DNA from: Piromyces finnis finn
Lineage: Eukaryota > Fungi > Neocallimastigomycota
Assembly (NCBI GenBank): GCA_002104945.1
Contig: MCFH01000048.1
Location: 62,001 to 126,000 of the forward strand
Direction: 5' to 3'
Length of the DNA: 64,000 bases
Shown: positions 57,946-64,000 of the stretch, piece by piece
Numbering within the stretch: the stretch's first letter is position 1
Layout of the letters: each line of letters starts with the position of its first letter
Notes under the pieces: generated by a model
The model's input: the letters and a program-made list of their open reading frames with translations, nothing else
Told to the model about the DNA's origin: nothing
Database searches by the model: none
Program-made: the position numbers and the translations under genes

Positions 57946-58670
57946 TTTTTAATATTTTATAAAAATTTCATTATTAGTAGTTTTATTTATTTATAATATA
58001 TAATTTATAAATATAATTTACTAAAAACTTATTTTTTACCTAATGAAGTAATATATAAATAAAGTTTAAGAAATCATAATAATGAATATCAATATAATAA
58101 AATAGGTCTGTATACGTTTATTTATTATGTGGAATTATGTTTTCGACTCCGATATAAAATAAATAAAAAACTAAAATAATATATATATAAAAAAAGGAGT
58201 TAAGCCGTGTTTATTCAGTTAGTTTTTATTATGTTTTTATGTGCGTAGCGTATCAACAATAATGCAATATATTTCAAAAACACCTTAAATAAAATATAAT
58301 TTTGAATGTTAGCAATAGGGAATAATAATTGAAATCATATATTATATTATATTATATTTATTTCTATTTTATAATAATAAAATAAATTTATAATAATATA
58401 ATTAAATAGATTTTGGTTTAAAGTTTCTTTATTTAATTATTATTATTATGTTTATAAGATCAATAACATTCAATACTAATAGAATCGAAAGTTATTATTT
58501 AATAAATATAAATAGTTAAATATAAAATTTAAATATAAAAATATGTTGATAAAATTACTATTAATAATAAAATATAACTTTTGTGAAATAATAAACAATA
58601 AATATTCTTTTCTTTTATAATTAATATTTAAACTGAGTTACATATAATAAAATAAAATAAAATAAAATAA

Positions 58671-59228
58671 AATAAACATATGATTAATCATTTAAACACT
58701 TGATCCGTTAACCTATTTTATAATAATTAGAATTATTTAATTTATAGATGTTAACTGTTACACCTAAATGGTTTAGTTCTATTGATATATTTTTAATTTT
58801 CGTCAAGTCATAAGAAATGTCTATGATCCATACTTGATATCATATTGATTTTAATTTACCTATTAAAATCTTTGAATAATCGTAACTTCTTTAAATGATC
58901 AGTTAGAAGGACCGCGATTGTACCAAAATATAGATTTTCCTTTAAGCTTTCCAACAAATTTAGTTTCATAGCAGTAGTATTTACAGCCGTAGCGATCGTT
59001 TTTGGCGAGTTACGCCTTGTTTCGTGTTTGTTTATTTTTGGCTAAGGGTTATAGTGTATTGATATTAAATTTTTGAAATCATAATCCTTTCGCTGAATCA
59101 AAATTTAAAAGGTGACTTTTAAAAAGTGTTTTAAAATAATTGTTGGAATTATTTAATTATAATTTTTTATGTTTAATTGATTATAGATATTATCTGAATT
59201 TGTTTTAAATCCAGTTAATATCTTCACA
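58671..59228. mobile_element. partial module T followed by a 51-nt P tail (59229-59279)
   Basis: Reverse complement of 19782 to about 20395. Confidence 0.75.
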
Positions 59229-59282
59229 TCGTGTTTATTCAGCTAGTTCTTATTATGTTTTTATGTGAGTAGCGTATCAAAC

Positions 59283-62200
59283 TGTAATAATTATTAGCTT
59301 CAAATTATATAAATTATTATTAAAATGTGAAAATAAAAGTAAAATTAGAAACTTAACTTAATGAGTTTATTATAAGAAATTATAATAAACAAACACCAAA
59401 TGTATCAGAATTTTTTTGTGTATTTAATAGTTTTTTAATATTTATTTTATTACTTATTATTTTGTATAAAATTATTTATTATAATTAATCTTATAATAAT
59501 AACTCTTGCTTTCTAAAATCGAATTCATGAGTACTATTTATATGTTTTATTTTATTAAAAATACATTTATATTATATTATAACTATTTATTTCTTATATA
59601 TTATTATTTAAAATCTACACTAAAATCTTAATTATTAATAAATATTTAAACTATAACTATTTTTAGTAAAATACAATTGGCAATTCAAATTAAGTACTAT
59701 TCAATTTGAATATGTGCCCATGTATTATTGATATATTAAACATTTAATAATTATATACTAGATGTCTATTTCTATTACAAAACAATACTAAAACTAGGGG
59801 TTTGAATTGAGAATTTTAATTTATTGTTAAACATTAAGAATAAATTAATAATTTATTTTGTTTTAAACTTTAATTATTAATAAATAAATTATGTCCCATT
59901 TTCTTTTTCTGTAATATAATTCGTGTAACTTAAACAATAATATTTATGGCTTAAGTTACATTAAAGATATCAATCTGTGGCGTTTGATATCTTTACAATC
60001 TCTCTCTCTAAGTCGAGCTCCTGCGAGATTAATTTATAAAGAATCCTTTCTCGAAGGAATTTCAATTACAAATGGTTGGTATCTATGCTTAATTAGATTA
60101 CCAACTTTATTCTTTCTTATTCTCATGGAGGAGTCATTCAACTTATGTTTTGACTTTTTAGAGTTTCTTTCGAACTCTTGTATTAATTGTTTGTCCGGGA
60201 TCTGATCTTCAGAAACCCAAGTGGATTTGTCAAATCCTTTCCACGATAACTTATAAAATGTCTCACCATTAACAGATTTCATCTTCTCAATTTTTTCTGG
60301 AATTTTTTCAATTAAATCTGTGTTAAGATGAATATTTCTTTTCCTACTATTAGACCTATCTATAAACTCGTTTTCAAAGTATGGTTCTAACAATGAGACA
60401 TGAAAGACTGGATGACATCTCATTGTCTTTGGGAGTTTCAATTTAAAAGCGAGAGAACTAACTTTTTCAATTATTTCAAATGGGCCAAGCATTTGAGGTG
60501 CTAATTTCTTCTTCAAGTTAGTTCCAGGAGAATTTTTCAATAACCATACCTTCTTTCCCACTTCAAATTCCGGGGGACTCATTCTTTTCATATCGGCATA
60601 TTTCTTATATGTTTCTTTTGCTTTTTCTAAGCTCTCTTTTAATAATTTAAAGTTTTTATTCATATCAATTACTCTTTGTTCAGCTCTACTAGGTCTATCA
60701 TTAGCCGGGATTTCCAAGCTGAACTTTGGATGAAAACCATAATTAGCAAAGAATGGGGATTGATTTATAGATTGCTGTAAAGTGTTATTATATGCAAATT
60801 CAGCAAATGGAATAAGATCAACCCAGTTATTCTGCTTCTTATTGATAAAACAACGGAAATATTGTTCCAATATGCCGTTCACCCTCTCCGTTTGACCATC
60901 TGTCTGCGGATGGTTAGCAGTTGACAATGAATGATTGATATTAAGAAGGTCACAAAGTCTTGACCAGAAATCAGAAGTAAATTGCGAGCCTCTATCAGAA
61001 ATGATGGAATTAGGAAGACCATGCAAACGGAAGACATTGGCAATAAAAGCATCAGCAGCAATTGAAGCAGTAGGAAGACAACGTAAAGGAATGGCGTGAG
61101 CAAATTTAGTAAATCTATCGACAACAACCATAAGTGTAGTCATATCTCTGGACTTAGGAAGATCAACAATAAAGTCGATAGAGATATCAGACCAAGGCCT
61201 ACTAGGAGTGTCCAAAGGGGATAACAATCCATAAGGCTTATGTCTAGGGACTTTGGATTTGCAACAAGTCACGCAAGATTTAATAAAGGATTTAACATCT
61301 GAATGAAATCTTGGCCACCAAAAGTTTCTTGAAATAAGTTCGACAGTTTTCTTAATGCCGAAATGGCCAGCAGCAACAGAATCATGATGGAGTTCTAAAA
61401 CTCTAGTCCTAAGAGATTTAGGAACATAAATAAGATTGTTAAATAACAAAAATCCTTCACCATCAATAATAACTTTATCAATATTTTTAATAGGTGCATT
61501 ACTTGTAGAACCATTCATTTTAAATTGAACAATGGAATTGTACAAATCGTCATTTTTAAGTTCTGATAAAATAGAATCTATTAAAGGTTTGTTATCGCTA
61601 TGATGGAGTGAAATTGTAAAACAAGAAACATTAGAGTTAATATCATTCACTAAATGATCACTTCTACGAGACAGAATGTCAGGCTTACCAGATTTCTTTC
61701 CAGCTCTATAGATGAGTTTAAAGTCAAATCTGGATAAGAACAAATTCCATCTAATTTGTCTCTGAGATAACATTTCAGGTTTTCTAGGAAATGTTAAGTT
61801 CTTGTGATCGGTATAAATTATGAACTGATGGCGTGCACCCTCTAAGTAATGACGCCATTCTTCAAGAGCAACTATAATAGCTAAGAGTTCCTTGTCATAT
61901 ATAGGATAGTTTCTTTGACAACTCGTCAAACTTTTAGAAAGAAATGCAATGGGATGTAATTTGCCGTCAAACTCTTGAGAGAGAATAGCACCGACAGCAT
62001 AATTACTAGCATCAGTTTCTACAATAAATTGTTTATTACTATCCGCATGTTTCAGAATAGGAGCTGACGTGAACAAAGTTTTTAATAAAATAAAAGCGTC
62101 CTGATCTTCTTTCCCCCAGTTAAAAGCAACATTTTTTCTAGTGAGTTTGTGAAGAGGGTTTGCAATTTTAGCAAAGTCTTTAATAAAAATTCTGTAGTAG

Positions 62201-62526
62201 TTGCATAGACCGATAAAAGACTGAACCTCTTTAACATTCTTGGGAACCGGCCAATCGAGAATTGCTTTAACTTTATTCTCATCCATTTGCAACCCATCTT
62301 TTGAAATGACATAACCAAGAAAAGTGGTTTTCTTAACATCAAACTCACATTTTTCTAATTTAACATAAAGATTATTTTCAAGTAGTTTCTTAAGTACCTT
62401 TTTAACATGCTCATGATGTTCTTCGATATTATTAGAATAAATAAGGATATCATCAATATATGAGATAACAAAATCATCTAAATAATCACTAAGAACATCG
62501 TTAATAAAGTGTTGAAAGGTTGCAGG
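59283..62526 (-). mobile_element. chromovirus-type Ty3/gypsy element, 5'-truncated inside RT; 3' LTR L at 59283-59997
   Basis: PPT AGAGAGAGAGA, then TGTAAAG...ATTACA LTR; pol upstream. Confidence 0.9.
60034..62526 (-). CDS. pol: Pol C-terminal part (RT-RNaseH-IN-chromodomain), truncated
   Basis: Frame open from PATFQHF through YIDD, ETDAS, HHCC, DFIVDLP/SDRG/ERVN and a C-terminal chromodomain-like YKLSWKGF...TW; ORF track starts at internal Met 62292. Confidence 0.92.
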   Translation of the reverse strand, partial: PATFQHFINDVLSDYLDDFVISYIDDILIYSNNIEEHHEHVKKVLKKLLENNLYVKLEKCEFDVKKTTFLGYVISKDGLQMDENKVKAILDWPVPKNVKEVQSFIGLCNYYRIFIKDFAKIANPLHKLTRKNVAFNWGKEDQDAFILLKTLFTSAPILKHADSNKQFIVETDASNYAVGAILSQEFDGKLHPIAFLSKSLTSCQRNYPIYDKELLAIIVALEEWRHYLEGARHQFIIYTDHKNLTFPRKPEMLSQRQIRWNLFLSRFDFKLIYRAGKKSGKPDILSRRSDHLVNDINSNVSCFTISLHHSDNKPLIDSILSELKNDDLYNSIVQFKMNGSTSNAPIKNIDKVIIDGEGFLLFNNLIYVPKSLRTRVLELHHDSVAAGHFGIKKTVELISRNFWWPRFHSDVKSFIKSCVTCCKSKVPRHKPYGLLSPLDTPSRPWSDISIDFIVDLPKSRDMTTLMVVVDRFTKFAHAIPLRCLPTASIAADAFIANVFRLHGLPNSIISDRGSQFTSDFWSRLCDLLNINHSLSTANHPQTDGQTERVNGILEQYFRCFINKKQNNWVDLIPFAEFAYNNTLQQSINQSPFFANYGFHPKFSLEIPANDRPSRAEQRVIDMNKNFKLLKESLEKAKETYKKYADMKRMSPPEFEVGKKVWLLKNSPGTNLKKKLAPQMLGPFEIIEKVSSLAFKLKLPKTMRCHPVFHVSLLEPYFENEFIDRSNSRKRNIHLNTDLIEKIPEKIEKMKSVNGETFYKLSWKGFDKSTWVSEDQIPDKQLIQEFERNSKKSKHKLNDSSMRIRKNKVGNLIKHRYQPFVIEIPSRKDSL

Positions 62527-63630
62527 TGTAACGAATCATAGAAATTAGTAACCTGTCTTAGTGGTTAGTAACTAAGACCTTGGTTTGAACTACTCGAGTT
62601 CGAAACCTCATTAATATCTTTTTTTAATTATTAAAATATTTTATAACGAAATTTTACCAAAGAAGATAATTTCTGATTGGCTTAAAAAATTAAGTTGTAA
62701 AATTTTTATAAATTTACTTTTAAAAACTTTTATATAAATACGAGTGAAATTTCTCAAAAAATTATTTTGAATTCGAGTTTTTATTAACAAAAAATTTTAT
62801 AATAAAAATAAAATTATTAAACACTAACCTGTTATAATTTTGTTAAGTGTTCAATAATAAAATTTTTATTTGCTTTTATTATTTTCCTTTTTATATATTT
62901 GTGTTTTTATTTATTGAACATTAGTTCTTTACAATAAAAACTCCTAAAATATATAATAACACCTTAGTGTTTAAAAAAGGAAGAATTTTTAATTTATTAA
63001 AAAATTAAGTAAGTCAGTGAAGCTTATTTTAACAATAAGGGTACTGAAAACAAAAGTAAAACCCACAGTTATTATAAGGGGAGCGCCAGGACGCTTAATT
63101 TAATAATAAAGAAAAAATTCATTTTCTAATAAAACGTTTTCTACTTTTAATAAATAAAATTAAATTTTATTTATTATTCTTTGAAAAATATAATAAAATA
63201 ACAAAGAAGTTAGGATTCAATAACTCCCTTAGCGTGGATAGTTGGACACCTATACGTAATACTTTGTTGTTTAGATATTATTAATAATCGGGGAATTAAA
63301 CCTATTTTTTTCTTTCCGCTTAATTAAGTAAGTGACAATAAAGAAACTAATACCGTTAATTCCTTTTATTGAAAATTTTCATTTCCAATATTAACAATTG
63401 ATAATATCTACGTTATCAACAAAGAGCTACAAGGGACCTAGTATTGAATACTAATAAAATTAAATATTTGATGGTCCAATACTATTTAATTTGACTCTTT
63501 GTCTATATTTAAAATATTTTAATCAATAAATAATAATAAAGATTTAATTTTTTTTCTCTTTCTTAATTTCTTCAAACATAACTTTATCTTAATTTACATA
63601 ATTATTATTTTCAAATAATTATATTTTTTT
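62527..63630 (+). mobile_element. module K, LTR-like, related to the element 1 LTR
   Basis: TGTAACG start interrupts RT; blocks shared with 12500-12760; right end uncertain. Confidence 0.6.
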
Positions 63631-63638
63631 AATTTTAA

Positions 63639-64000
63639 TGGAAGGACAAATATCTCAAAGGTTTCTTAGCCAAAATAGAACTTGTGTTTCTCCTTTATCC
63701 CGAAAGATATCAAGATGAAGAGAGCAAGGTTATCTACCTGATTTCTCGCCTTTATGGAAATGCATTAAATTGGGCCGCTACGCTTATTGACAACCATGAT
63801 CCATGTCTGACCAACTACCAAGCATTCAAGGAAAGACTAAAGGCATTCTATGGGAACAATGATGCAGTCTACGTAGCCAATCAAATGCTACGTACTCTCA
63901 AGCAACATCGTTTGGGCGGCATCAGAGGATACATCCTTGAATTTAACAAATACTCTGATGAATCTAACTGGAATGAAGAGGCTAAGATGGATGCTTTTAT
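63639..64000 (+). pseudogene. Ty3/gypsy (chromovirus-like) gag fragment, runs off the window
   Basis: My translation: KGFLAKIELVFLLYPERY...KVIYLISRLYGNALNWA...FKERLKAFYG...YILEFNKY...WNEEAKMDAF; N-terminus missing or frameshifted. Confidence 0.8.

Overview
Extremely AT-rich eukaryotic DNA. Composition and Ty3/gypsy content suggest an anaerobic gut fungus (Neocallimastigomycota), but this is inference and a dictyostelid is not excluded. No host protein gene is evident. The window is a tRNA-gene island (3x tRNA-Trp(CCA), 3x identical tRNA-Arg(TCT)) almost completely filled by roughly 55-60 TG...CA-bounded LTR modules from about 18 families (manual count; family letters are my own labels). The modules are stacked end to end upstream of the tRNA genes, separated only by 3-7 nt A/T-rich target-site duplications (TSDs). 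The window contains one young near-intact Ty3/gypsy element (39011-47386), two short non-coding non-autonomous LTR elements, two degenerate Ty3/gypsy elements (one a chromovirus) and a tRNA-derived SINE-like insertion. The main signal is a polarised, two-register targeting system: one set of LTRs lands 12-14 nt upstream of the mature tRNA 5' end, while a different set of families lands about 47-54 nt inside the tRNA-facing end of the previous LTR with 5-bp TSDs. The stacks therefore read as chronological insertion records. All coordinates were read by eye and module boundaries may be off by a few nt.
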